Shown: positions 8,019-17,292, counted from the stretch's first letter. The stretch: 38,737 nt of DNA from a virus (IMGVR_UViG_3300033067_001866:1-38737), one strand, 5' to 3'. A program made the numbers and translations. Notes: a model not told the origin generated them from the letters alone.

Positions 8019-9251
8019 TTCCCCAACCGCACCGCGTGGCTCGCCGCCCGCTCCACCCCCGCGCCCGACGGCCACCCGATGATCGGCGCCAGCGACATCC
8101 CCGCGATCTTCGGCCTGGGCTTCGTCAGCCCGGCCCGCTTCGCCGCCCAAAAGCGCGGCCTCATCGCCCGCGACCCCGAGCCGACCACGCCGAGCGACCC
8201 GCGCGCCGTGGGGAACCGGCTGGAGGCTGCAGCCCTCGCCGAGTACGTCGAGCATCACCCGACAACCCTCGACCTGCACACCGGCATCACGCGCTGGACC
8301 CACCCCGACGTGCCCTGGCTCGCCGTCAGCCCCGATGCGCTGGCGCTCAACGGCGACGTGCTCGACGAGGCGGACGTGCTCGGCCTCGTCCAATGCAAAA
8401 TCCCCCGCATGGTCTCAGCCCTCGCCGAGTACGCCCCCGACCGCCCCGAGGGCTACGGCCTCGCCGCGACCCTCGCCGATCCGCGGGGGCCCGCCGTGCC
8501 GCGGGACTACGCCCTGCAGTGCCTCGTTGAGTTGGGCGTGGTGCGCGCCTGCGGCGAGCCCGCGACGTGGATCGATCTGTGGTGTTGGCCTTCGCCCCAC
8601 GCCCATCAGCGCGTCCGCCTCGTGTGGGATGCCGGCGCTGACGCTGCCTTCGCCGCCCTGATCGAAGCGGTCGGGGCGTGGCGCCAGCGACACATCATCG
8701 ACGGCGAACCAGTGCCGGTCGGCGTTCCCGATGACGCGACCGTCGCCGTCCGGCTGTGGAGCCGCGAGGGACAGCATGTCGCGCCGGGGCTGGCGCAGGT
8801 CATCGCTGAGTGCGCCGATGCCGAGCGCGCCATCGCCAGCGAAGAGGCCCGGCTTGCCCTCTACAAGCCCATGATCCTCACGTTCATGGGGCAGCATGGG
8901 GTGAGCACGCTCATCATCCCCGACCAGACCGCTGACCCCAGCGCGCGCCGCAAGGCCGACCGCGAGGGCAAGCCTGCCAAGGCGCTGCTCACAGGCTCCC
9001 CCGGTGGCAAGCGCAGCCTGCGCATCTACCCCGGATGGCTCGAAAACGTCGATCCCGACGATGCCATCCTGCCACCAGCCGACGACATCACCCCGCCGAC
9101 CCCCCTGCAGGTCTCCAGCGTGACCGTGGGGCAGCTCGCCGCCCGGTGGATCGACCGCGCCGACGGCCCCGACCGCGACGCCCCGAACGCAGCGCCGACG
9201 CTGAGCGCCGACGATAGCGCGCTGCTGGCGGACATTCTCGGCGACTTGTAG
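8004..9251 (+). CDS. YqaJ/lambda-exonuclease-like recombination nuclease
   Basis: WL..R, IGASDIPAI.G, GNRLE, HP..PWL.VSPDAL, VQCK, Y.LQC. Confidence 0.85.
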   Translation: MPVATFPNRTAWLAARSTPAPDGHPMIGASDIPAIFGLGFVSPARFAAQKRGLIARDPEPTTPSDPRAVGNRLEAAALAEYVEHHPTTLDLHTGITRWTHPDVPWLAVSPDALALNGDVLDEADVLGLVQCKIPRMVSALAEYAPDRPEGYGLAATLADPRGPAVPRDYALQCLVELGVVRACGEPATWIDLWCWPSPHAHQRVRLVWDAGADAAFAALIEAVGAWRQRHIIDGEPVPVGVPDDATVAVRLWSREGQHVAPGLAQVIAECADAERAIASEEARLALYKPMILTFMGQHGVSTLIIPDQTADPSARRKADREGKPAKALLTGSPGGKRSLRIYPGWLENVDPDDAILPPADDITPPTPLQVSSVTVGQLAARWIDRADGPDRDAPNAAPTLSADDSALLADILGDL

Positions 9252-9262
9252 CGTACTGCGCG

Positions 9263-9359
9263 AATATCTTTAGCGGCGCGCTTGACGGCTACAGCGCAGG
9301 TCGATAGAGTGAAGGGGCCGGCGGGGAACGAAACCAACCCCGCCACCCCGGAGCCGACC
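9263..9359 (+). promoter_or_regulatory. Promoter cassette 2 (partial upstream box)
   Basis: AATATCTTT-N10-TTGACG-N17-TAGAGT, GGCGGGG/CCCCGCC stem, GGAGCCGACC-ATG. Confidence 0.85.
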
Positions 9360-9632
9360 ATGAACGCCGCTTCTTCCGCCCGCTTCAGCGTCATCAACCA
9401 CAAGGGCCAGATCGCGATCACTGGCAGCGCCGACGGGGCGCCGATCGCTGAGGTCCTGGCCTTCGTCATCCTTGGCGGCGAGACCCCGGTTGTCGAGATC
9501 TACGACGCCGGCAAGGGCGATGGTGTTGTCTTCTGGCCCGACGACGCCGGTCGGCGCGACGCCGCCGCGCTGTGCGACCAACTCAACGCCATCTGTGATC
9601 GGATCGACGCACTCGACGAATCCGGCTCCTGA
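9360..9632 (+). CDS. Hypothetical protein, first gene of cassette 2
   Basis: GGAGCCGACC-ATG at 9360. Confidence 0.78.
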   Translation: MNAASSARFSVINHKGQIAITGSADGAPIAEVLAFVILGGETPVVEIYDAGKGDGVVFWPDDAGRRDAAALCDQLNAICDRIDALDESGS

Positions 9633-9737
9633 CCCGACCCGGCCGCCCGGGCCGCCCTCCCCCAACGCCGCGCGGGCCTCCGCGGCGCACCGCCCGGCGC
9701 AAGCCGGCCTCCATCCACACACCCCGAAGGACCACCA

Positions 9738-10913
9738 ATGACCGACCGGCCGACCCTCACCCCCGAACAAGTCGGCGCCGCCGCCGAGATCGTCGCGATC
9801 CGCGTGCACGGCTACCGCAACACCGACGACGCCCCAACGCCACTGCGGGCCTACGCCGCCGCGCTCAAGGCTGGCGCTGCGCAGTGCGCAGTGGCCGTGC
9901 CGCAGTTGTGCAGCGCGCCCCGTGACAGCCTCTTGGCCGCCCTCGCGAGCCTCGCCCGCGCTGGACTCATCCCGGGGACCGCCGCTGACAAGACCGCGAC
10001 GGCCTACCTGTTCTGGCAGGGCGGGCCGTCCGGGCGCCCCTCGCCATTGGGCCGGATCGCGATGGCTGCCGCTGCGGGCTGGCAGGTCTCGACCGCCGCC
10101 GTGGGCAAGGCCGACGAGGTCAGCCTGAACGACGATGGCGAGATCGAGCGGATCGTGCGCAAGCCCGACGCGCGACCGACGTCTTGGGACACCGTGCGGG
10201 GCGTCGAGGTCGACTGCATCACGCACCACGGCGAGCGCCGCCGCCTGTGGGTGTCCGCCGGTGAGATCGGCGTCCGGCGCGACAAGTCCAGTGGCAAGGG
10301 CTCGTCGGGCGGCTGGGCTACCGACGCCGTCGGGATGGCGTGCACGAAGGCCGTGTCCATCCTCGTCGACCGCCGCCAGATCCCCCAGGCCCCCATCCCG
10401 ATCCCCGGCCTCCGCGAGTGGCAGGCCGCCAAAGCCGGCGCGCTGCCCACCCCTGCCCCGCAGCTCGCCGCCCCTCCGACCCGCGCCCTCCCCGCGCCCG
10501 CCGAGCCGACCGTCGGCACCCCGGCCACCCCGGCCACCGACGCCCCGCCTGCCGCGCCCCAGCCCCCCGAGGCTGCGCCCGCCGACGCGCCCGCCCCGAC
10601 GCCCGCCGACGACGCACCGCCCGCCCAGGACGCCCCCAGCGCGCCGCAGGGCGGGGGCACCGAAGCGCAGGTCGCGCCCGCTGCGCCGACGTGGGATGAC
10701 GTGGGCGAGGTGGTGATGGCCGCCGTCCGCGCCGCGCGCCCCGACCGCGCAGGCGACGGCGATGACCTCCACGCCGCCGCGGCCGGCGCGATCCGCGAGG
10801 CGCAGGCCGGCGCCGCGGCCAAGGGCAAGGCCCTCACCCCGGCCGCTGCGCTCGACCCCAAGGCCCTCGACCGCCTGACCGCGATGGCTGTCGCCCGCTT
10901 GCGCGCGATGTAG
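9738..10913 (+). CDS. Divergent RecT/Redbeta-like single-strand annealing protein with Pro/Ala-rich linker
   Basis: PQL...RDSLLAAL..LARAGL.P...AYL and S...GGW....MACTK pattern typical of RecT; follows an Exo gene. Confidence 0.7.
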   Translation: MTDRPTLTPEQVGAAAEIVAIRVHGYRNTDDAPTPLRAYAAALKAGAAQCAVAVPQLCSAPRDSLLAALASLARAGLIPGTAADKTATAYLFWQGGPSGRPSPLGRIAMAAAAGWQVSTAAVGKADEVSLNDDGEIERIVRKPDARPTSWDTVRGVEVDCITHHGERRRLWVSAGEIGVRRDKSSGKGSSGGWATDAVGMACTKAVSILVDRRQIPQAPIPIPGLREWQAAKAGALPTPAPQLAAPPTRALPAPAEPTVGTPATPATDAPPAAPQPPEAAPADAPAPTPADDAPPAQDAPSAPQGGGTEAQVAPAAPTWDDVGEVVMAAVRAARPDRAGDGDDLHAAAAGAIREAQAGAAAKGKALTPAAALDPKALDRLTAMAVARLRAM

Positions 10914-10982
10914 CCTCCCCTGCCGCCCCGGCGGCCCACACTCCCCGCGCCGACCGGGACCTCGGCGCGCCTTGGAGCCCCC

Positions 10983-11108
10983 ATGACCTGCGCCCTTCTC
11001 GCCCTCGCCATCTCGCTCGGCCTCTACACCCCGCCGAAGACCCAAGCCTGCAACGGCGGCCTCATGGACAACGCCATGACGTGCGAGTGCAACGGCGGCT
11101 GGTACTAA
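10983..11108 (+). CDS. Small Cys-rich peptide (41 aa)
   Basis: GGAG RBS; MTCALLALAISLGLYTPPKTQACNGGLMDNAMTCECNGGWY. Confidence 0.6.
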   Translation: MTCALLALAISLGLYTPPKTQACNGGLMDNAMTCECNGGWY

Positions 11109-11178
11109 GCCACCCTGGCCGGCCCTGGCTAACCACTACCGCGGCGAGGAGCCCGCCGCGCTCACCACAGGAGCCATC

Positions 11179-11322
11179 ATGGACCACATCCTCACCATCG
11201 GGATGCACCTCTCCAGCCTGCACAGCGACCTCTCTCACCTCAGCGTGCTTGTCGGGCGCGTCTGCCTCACCGTGCTTCTGCTGCCGATGGTCTGGCGCGC
11301 AACCCGCGCCGGCACGACCTGA
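11179..11322 (+). CDS. Small membrane peptide (47 aa)
   Basis: ACAGGAG RBS; hydrophobic C-terminal half. Confidence 0.55.
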   Translation: MDHILTIGMHLSSLHSDLSHLSVLVGRVCLTVLLLPMVWRATRAGTT

Positions 11323-11395
11323 CCACCCCGGCGCCGAGGACGCCGACCCCGCGCGCCGCCCGGCTCCGGCGCGCTGCCCCCTGACAGGAGCGACC

Positions 11396-11815
11396 ATGCC
11401 CACCAAAGCCTACACCGACCTCCTCGCTGCCCGCACCATCTGCGCATCCATCGGCGCTAGCGCAGCCATACACGCGAGAACATGGGGAGGAGCCACCACG
11501 ATGCGGGAGGTCGACCGGGCGCGCAACAGCTTGCTCGAGATCGTGCGCATCGACATGGTCGACTTCATCAAGCTGACCAGAACCGAAGCGGACGAGCTTG
11601 GCTTCCGTGAGTCCCCACGCTGGCCCGGCCTCCACCTCATCCCCGCGTGGGCGTGGTGGGTCATCCCTGCGGCCGGCTGCTTCGAGGCTGTGAGCGGCGA
11701 GCAGCACGCCTACCACATCGCTCGGGGTGAACTGCCATCCACCGACATCAGGGGCGGCTACCTCTGCTTCGGCGTGCGCTTTGACGCCGACGGCTCGATG
11801 CACCTCGGCAACTGA
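11396..11815 (+). CDS. Hypothetical protein
   Basis: CTGACAGGAGCGACC-ATG; same motif precedes the next gene. Confidence 0.75.
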   Translation: MPTKAYTDLLAARTICASIGASAAIHARTWGGATTMREVDRARNSLLEIVRIDMVDFIKLTRTEADELGFRESPRWPGLHLIPAWAWWVIPAAGCFEAVSGEQHAYHIARGELPSTDIRGGYLCFGVRFDADGSMHLGN

Positions 11816-11826
11816 CAGGAGCGACC

Positions 11827-12318
11827 ATGTCCACCCTCGCCGACCGCTACGCCGCCGCCCAGCGCGCCGCCCTCACCTCTGCCGCCGAGGCCGCCATCCT
11901 CGCCGGCACATCGACCGCTGCTGAGGCTGCCGGCCCGGCTCTGGTGGACATCGCCACCGCGCACGCGGAGGGCCAGCGTGTGCATCGCTACATCGACGCC
12001 GTCGAGGCGCACGCTCCAGCTGAGATGGCGCGGCTCAACACCATCCTCGACGCAGTGGCGGACCGCGAAGTGCTACGCCGCCTCATCGTGCTGCAGGGCG
12101 TGGCGGAACACCTCGACGCTGCACGCCTGCTGCTCGCCGACGACCACCTGCTCGCCGACGTCATCGCCGCGCGCCGCGGCGGGCCGATCACTCCCGCCCT
12201 GCGCGCGAACGGCTTCGCCGTCTCTGACGGCTATTGCGAGGGCCTCAGCGCTCGGGCCATCTCCGCGCTGCGTGTCCTCACCGCGGCCCTGACGTCCCCT
12301 CCGCCGGTCAAGCCTTGA
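11827..12318 (+). CDS. Hypothetical protein
   Basis: CTGACAGGAGCGACC-ATG. Confidence 0.75.
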   Translation: MSTLADRYAAAQRAALTSAAEAAILAGTSTAAEAAGPALVDIATAHAEGQRVHRYIDAVEAHAPAEMARLNTILDAVADREVLRRLIVLQGVAEHLDAARLLLADDHLLADVIAARRGGPITPALRANGFAVSDGYCEGLSARAISALRVLTAALTSPPPVKP

Positions 12319-12343
12319 CCGCAAGATCGCCATAGGCTACGCT
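12315..12343 (+). promoter_or_regulatory. Sigma70-type promoter
   Basis: TTGACC-N17-TACGCT. Confidence 0.6.
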
Positions 12344-12399
12344 TCACATCCCGGCACCCTCTCCGCCGGTCCACCCCGGCGCGACGGAGGCGCCACCCG

Positions 12400-13155
12400 A
12401 TGACCGCTGACGCACCCGCCCGCCGCGCCGACCCCACCGCAGACGAGGCCGCCGCCCTCGCCGCTGAGCCCGCCACGCCCCGGATCGACCCGCGCAAGGG
12501 CCGCCCGGTCCGGCGCGAATCGGCGCTCGACCTGATCGGCGCCGCTGACTTGGCCCGGCGCGTGCCGCTGCGGGCGATGTGCGCGGCCAGCGGGCTGACG
12601 GAGCCCACCGTCAGGTCCGGCCTTGCCAAGATGGGCGTGAGGGCGGGCGACTTGCCCGGCTTCGCGGACATCACCGCTGCGGACTACGCTGAGCTGTCCA
12701 CCCTCGCTGAGCGCAGAGGTCGCGCCGGCAAGATCGTCGACTACTTCAACAACGAGCGCGCCAAGGCCATCCGACGCTCTGGCGGCCCACCGATTGAGCC
12801 CGCGTCGCTCGACTTCGTCCACGCCCCTGACGTCACCCCCAGCGACGCGCGCCACGGCGCCACCCCGAAGCTGGCGAAGCTCGACCCGCGCCGCATCGCG
12901 ATCCTGACCGCCGCCCATGCCGCGCTGGGACAGGCCGACCTCTCCGCCACGATCGCCGCGATCTGGCCCCGCGATCCTGCCGACCCGTCCAGGCTCATCC
13001 CCGCCCCGGCGCGCCCCATCATCGCCGGCCGCGGCGGTCAGCAGGTCACCGTCGCCGGCCCCGTCTGCGGATCGCCCGCGGTCTGCGCGCACCCCGTGGC
13101 CCCGCAGGTGCGCGGGGCGTTGGACCTCTGGGCAGCGACGCGGGGTGAGGGGTGA
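12400..13155 (+). CDS. Hypothetical protein, possible HTH DNA-binding
   Basis: GGAGG RBS; LRAMCAASGLTEPTVRSGL resembles an HTH. Confidence 0.6.
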   Translation: MTADAPARRADPTADEAAALAAEPATPRIDPRKGRPVRRESALDLIGAADLARRVPLRAMCAASGLTEPTVRSGLAKMGVRAGDLPGFADITAADYAELSTLAERRGRAGKIVDYFNNERAKAIRRSGGPPIEPASLDFVHAPDVTPSDARHGATPKLAKLDPRRIAILTAAHAALGQADLSATIAAIWPRDPADPSRLIPAPARPIIAGRGGQQVTVAGPVCGSPAVCAHPVAPQVRGALDLWAATRGEG

Positions 13156-13853
13156 GCGACGCGAAGCCGCCCCGCCCCAAGCGCGCCGCCAAGCCGCGCG
13201 CCAAAACCGAACCCCAAGCCCCGCTGCCGCTCGCGCTGGGCTCCACCCCCCGGATCGTGATCGGCGTCGACCCCGGCGCGACCGGCGCGGCGGTGATCCT
13301 GCGCTGCGGCATGTCGGGCCCGCCGGCGCTGATCGCCGCGGTGTACTGGCAGGAACGGACGCGCAAGAGCGGGACGGTGTACGAGCCGACGTGGTGGCCC
13401 CGGCCGACCACCGCGCCGATCCGCCTGCACAGCATCGGCGTGACGCTCGCGATCATCGCAGCTGGCGAGGCCGACGCGCCTGCGTTGCCGATCCATGCCG
13501 CCTGCGAGCGGCAGTTCTCCGGCCGCTTCGCCTCCGCGGGCCTCGGCGTGGCATGGCTCGCGGGGCTGGTCTCCGGCCCTCTGACCGACGTCAGCACAGG
13601 CCCGCTCGGGCGCCCGGCCCCGGCGGAGTGGCGCGCCGTCGCCGCGCCGCACCCGTCACAGCGGCGCAAGCGCAGCGTGACCGGTGACGTCAAGCCCTGC
13701 CCGTCCGCCCTCGGCGCGCAGCTCGCCGGCGGGTGGCCGATGGGGCTGCTCGAGCGCTTCGGTCTGCCGCTGGGGTCATCGGGCGCCGATCTGCCGGTCG
13801 ATCTGGGCGAGGCCCTGGGCGTGGCGCTGTGGATGGCGGCGAAGACGGCGTAA
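13152..13853 (+). CDS. RuvC-like Holliday junction resolvase
   Basis: IVIGVDPGATGAAVIL strand motif, ACE, C-terminal EAL.VA helix. Confidence 0.7.
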   Translation: MSDAKPPRPKRAAKPRAKTEPQAPLPLALGSTPRIVIGVDPGATGAAVILRCGMSGPPALIAAVYWQERTRKSGTVYEPTWWPRPTTAPIRLHSIGVTLAIIAAGEADAPALPIHAACERQFSGRFASAGLGVAWLAGLVSGPLTDVSTGPLGRPAPAEWRAVAAPHPSQRRKRSVTGDVKPCPSALGAQLAGGWPMGLLERFGLPLGSSGADLPVDLGEALGVALWMAAKTA

Positions 13854-13869
13854 CCATCGGCATAGATGG

Positions 13870-13973
13870 AAAGTTAGAATAATCTTTAGCCGGTCTATAG
13901 ACAGGACACAGGCGGTCCGATAGTGTGGAGGGGCGGGCAGGGAAGCCCGCCGCGAAACACCAAGGAGCCGACC
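13870..13973 (+). promoter_or_regulatory. Promoter cassette 3
   Basis: AAAGTTAGAATAATCTTT-N10-TAGACA-N17-TAGTGT, GCGGGC/GCCCGC stem, GGAGCCGACC-GTG. Confidence 0.85.
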
Positions 13974-14213
13974 GTGAACCGCACCGAGACCACCGACAAC
14001 GCCGGCCGCCGCATCATCGACCTCACCACCACCTGCGGTCGCGGCTGGGCGGTTGTCCGCGAGACCGGTCGCGGCTTCTCGGCGGTCTACGGCTACCACG
14101 TCGGCTCGGACTACAGCGGCCAGACGCGCACGATCTCCGGCGCCGAGAAGCACTTCAAGAGCGAAGCGGGCGCGGTCAAGTACGCGACCGCTGGCGCCAA
14201 GGCGAGCGCCTGA
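13974..14213 (+). CDS. Hypothetical protein, first gene of cassette 3
   Basis: AAGGAGCCGACC-GTG. Confidence 0.78.
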   Translation: MNRTETTDNAGRRIIDLTTTCGRGWAVVRETGRGFSAVYGYHVGSDYSGQTRTISGAEKHFKSEAGAVKYATAGAKASA

Positions 14214-14322
14214 CCAACCCGGCCCTCCGGGGCCAGCCCCGCACGGTCGCCGCCTGCACGCGGCGCGGGGTGCACGCCTGCCGAGGTGGTGGGTGACTGA
14301 GTGCGGCCGATGGGAGGATGGG

Positions 14323-15009
14323 ATGCCGCGTGTTTTGGTTCGGTCTTGGCTGGATGCGAAATGGTCGCTTGTGCTTGATGTGGCACAGCAGTCGCCGCTT
14401 ACAGCGGAGGATGTGTGCGGTCCGCGTGGGATCTTGGGTGACCGCGTGCCGGTCATCGCCTGGGATGACAGCGGCCCGGACGGGGCGCTGGTGTTCCCTG
14501 GCACCCCCGAGGGCTTCCGTCTCGCTGTGCTTCTTCGTGACCAACTTAACGACGTGATACAGGGCGCCTTCAAAGCCTGCCCCGCCGAGTCCTTCCCCGA
14601 GCCCGGCGCGCCCGACGTGGACGCCGCCGACTTCGCCGAGCCGACCGGCGGTGAGTCCGCCCGTGTGGCAGCCGAAGAGGCGGCGTGGGAGGCGCAGATC
14701 CGCGCCGAGGCGACCGCTACCCCAGCCGTCGACCCGGCCGACACCGAGCGCGCCGCCTTCCACGGCTGGCGGAGCGGCGACCGGTTCGAGGTCCTCAACC
14801 GCGACGACGTAGCCCGCGCCGCTGCGGCGTCGTACCTCTGGCCCGCGTGGTGGGGCGGGCCGTCCACCGGGCACGTCATCAGCCGGTGCGACATGCACTT
14901 GGCTGGGCACCACACGGTGCCGGGTCTGCTCGTCGGCGGCGGGGGCCTGCACCGACCGACCGTGATCGCGGCGGAAACGCTCAGCGCGTGTGCGCGGAAG
15001 GTGTCCTGA
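14323..15009 (+). CDS. Hypothetical protein
   Basis: GGGAGG RBS before ATG 14323; TGATG coupling downstream. Confidence 0.6.
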   Translation: MPRVLVRSWLDAKWSLVLDVAQQSPLTAEDVCGPRGILGDRVPVIAWDDSGPDGALVFPGTPEGFRLAVLLRDQLNDVIQGAFKACPAESFPEPGAPDVDAADFAEPTGGESARVAAEEAAWEAQIRAEATATPAVDPADTERAAFHGWRSGDRFEVLNRDDVARAAAASYLWPAWWGGPSTGHVISRCDMHLAGHHTVPGLLVGGGGLHRPTVIAAETLSACARKVS

Positions 15010-15359
15010 TGGGCCAGTCATGGGTTGCCGTGAACCTCGACCGGCGCGAGTATTTCGACGGCCCGGACACCGAGGCGATGGACGTCGAGGCCAAGGCCCG
15101 CTTTGCCTACGGCTCCGGCGCCGCGCTGCTCTTGTTGACCGCGAACCCCGCGCCGCGCGACCTGAGCCCCAGCGGCCTCGCGGGGTCCTGGGCGGGCTGT
15201 CGGATCGTGATGCTGGGGGACTACTCCCAGCCCGAGCAGGGCGGCCACGTCGATCAGATCGAGGCGTCCCTGCAGGAGCAGGGGTTCAAGGACGTCAGCG
15301 CCGACGTCTTCAGGCTCTTGGCGTTCGTGGCCGGCGTGGGTCGGCCTGAGCAGCGGTAG
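15009..15359 (+). CDS. Conserved phage hypothetical protein (MGQ...VNLD.REY...GSWAG.RIV..GDY)
   Basis: TGATG overlap; motif pattern common in uncharacterised phage proteins. Confidence 0.75.
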   Translation: MGQSWVAVNLDRREYFDGPDTEAMDVEAKARFAYGSGAALLLLTANPAPRDLSPSGLAGSWAGCRIVMLGDYSQPEQGGHVDQIEASLQEQGFKDVSADVFRLLAFVAGVGRPEQR

Positions 15360-15403
15360 ACAACGTGTGGCCGCGCCGGATGGGTGCGGCTTGGAGGTGA
15401 GGG

Positions 15404-15829
15404 ATGGCAACGGAGAGCTACGGGCGCTGCGATGACGGCGTGCATTGGGCTGTTTACCACGAACTGCCGCTGGGGCAGTGGTGGTGGATGATCCGCCCCG
15501 AAGGCGGTGAGCGGGTCGACTCGCCGCGGCGCTACCCGACGGAGGGGCAGGCGTTGGCCGCGGTTGAGGCGGCGCGGGCTGCGGTTGTTGCTGGGCGGCC
15601 GGTGGTGGGGACGATGGAGAGCCTGCGAGCACGCGCTGAGGCAGCAGAGGCCCGCGCGGCACAGGCTGAGGCTGCCGGCTACCGGCGCGCGATTGACGAG
15701 GCGTGCGTGGCGCTGGGCAAGCGTGCCGGGTACCTGCGCAATTTCGACCTCGCTGAGGAGATCGTGCGCGCCCTCGCCCCGGTCGAACCTGTAAGCCCCG
15801 CTGATGGGTTGCCCGGGGGTGCGGCATGA
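15404..15829 (+). CDS. Hypothetical protein
   Basis: GGAGGTG RBS; ATGA overlap with thyX. Confidence 0.7.
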   Translation: MATESYGRCDDGVHWAVYHELPLGQWWWMIRPEGGERVDSPRRYPTEGQALAAVEAARAAVVAGRPVVGTMESLRARAEAAEARAAQAEAAGYRRAIDEACVALGKRAGYLRNFDLAEEIVRALAPVEPVSPADGLPGGAA

Positions 15830-16710
15830 CCCCGACCCTTCGCCCCGTCAACCCCGGCGCCGAGCTTCACCTCGGCGTGCGCCACGAAGTGCCCGGCTTG
15901 GGGTCGGTCACGCTGCGCGACTACTGCGGCACCGACGCGACCATCGTGCAAGCCGCCCGGGTCAGCTACGACGCCGACCGCGGAGGCCGAAAGGTCAGCG
16001 ACGACGAAGCGCTGATCAACTTCCTGATGGGCCATCGACACACAAGCCCGTTCGAGATGACCTGCCTGATCGTCGAGGTCGAGGCTCCGCTGTTCGTCCG
16101 GGCGCAGCTTGTCAAGCATCGGACGGCATCGTCCAACGAGCGCAGCCTGCGCTACACCGAGCCCGACAGCGACGCGGAAGTCATGCCCGCCGCGGGGCTC
16201 GGCCCCCTGTGCGCCGACCCGAACCCCAAGGCGAGCAAGCAAGGCCGCGGCGCGCCCATCGAAGGGCAGGCCGCCGCATTGGTGGCACTGAACAGCGCGC
16301 TGGCGGGGTCGGTGCGGGCCTACCGGGCGCTGCGATCCGCCGGTGTGAGCCGCGAGCAAGCCCGCGCCGTTCTTCCGGTCGCGACGATGACCCGATGGGT
16401 ATGGCGATTCGACCTGCACAACATGCTGCACATGGCGGGCCTGCGCACCACCCCCGACGCCCAGCGCGAAACCCGCCTGATCGCCGAGAAGGTCGCCGCC
16501 ATCGTGGCCGATGCCTTCCCGCTGACGTGGGCGGCCTGGGTCGAGCACGTCCGCGACGCCCCGCGCCTGTCCGCGTCGGCATGGCGGGCGCTGGCGCAGC
16601 TCATCGATCCAGATGGCATTGACGCGGCGCTGGCGGGGCTACCTCTGCGACAGCGGCGGGAGGTGCTCACTCAACTTGCGGCGGCGCTGGCTGCGAAGGG
16701 GGGTGAGTGA
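15826..16710 (+). CDS. thyX: Flavin-dependent thymidylate synthase
   Basis: QAARVSY, HTSPFE, PLFVRAQLVKHRTASSNERSLRY, REQARAVLP, LR..PDAQ.E.R. Confidence 0.95.
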   Translation: MTPTLRPVNPGAELHLGVRHEVPGLGSVTLRDYCGTDATIVQAARVSYDADRGGRKVSDDEALINFLMGHRHTSPFEMTCLIVEVEAPLFVRAQLVKHRTASSNERSLRYTEPDSDAEVMPAAGLGPLCADPNPKASKQGRGAPIEGQAAALVALNSALAGSVRAYRALRSAGVSREQARAVLPVATMTRWVWRFDLHNMLHMAGLRTTPDAQRETRLIAEKVAAIVADAFPLTWAAWVEHVRDAPRLSASAWRALAQLIDPDGIDAALAGLPLRQRREVLTQLAAALAAKGGE

Positions 16711-17252
16711 TGCCTTCGGATGGCATGGGCGACAACGTCCGGTTTCCTTGGGTCTGGGCGTCCTGTGTGTTCCGAGAGGCTCGGGCCTATGAGAATCTCC
16801 AGATCGCATACAAATGCGCGCGGCGCGAATACATCGATGCCATCGGCACAATCGGTATGCGCCATGCCGATTGTGCAAAGGGTGTGTGTGATCTGTTGGA
16901 CAAGGAGCGGCTCTACATGTACGCCGCCAAGTGCCGTGTGGCGAGACATGACAGCGTGTACGACTGGGAGATCCCGGGGTGCAGCCAAGGCACTTGGGAG
17001 CGTCCGGGCTGGGCAGACGGCGGCCTCTTGCCTGCGCTGCCGTCGCTCCCGCGCGTAAAGGGTGCGTTTCAGGAGGCGATCCGTGAGGCATCGCTCGCAC
17101 TGATCGACGTCAACCACATGGGTGACAGGACGAGCGCGGGTAGGATCGAGGCGATCATCGAAGGGCTGAAGGTGGCCGGCGCCACGTATGAGGCGATCAA
17201 GGTGCGCGACGCACGGCTCATACTGCTTCGCCGCGGGATCATCGTGCGCTGA
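16710..17252 (+). CDS. Hypothetical protein
   Basis: TGATG coupling to thyX; visibly more A/T-rich than neighbours. Confidence 0.6.
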   Translation: MPSDGMGDNVRFPWVWASCVFREARAYENLQIAYKCARREYIDAIGTIGMRHADCAKGVCDLLDKERLYMYAAKCRVARHDSVYDWEIPGCSQGTWERPGWADGGLLPALPSLPRVKGAFQEAIREASLALIDVNHMGDRTSAGRIEAIIEGLKVAGATYEAIKVRDARLILLRRGIIVR

Positions 17253-17292
17253 CCTGATCGGCGACAATAGCGCGCCTGTCAGTCATCGCATG

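Noticed and set aside
10440-10700. Repetitive C-rich DNA in the RecT-like gene
   Set aside because: Explained by a Pro/Ala-rich linker
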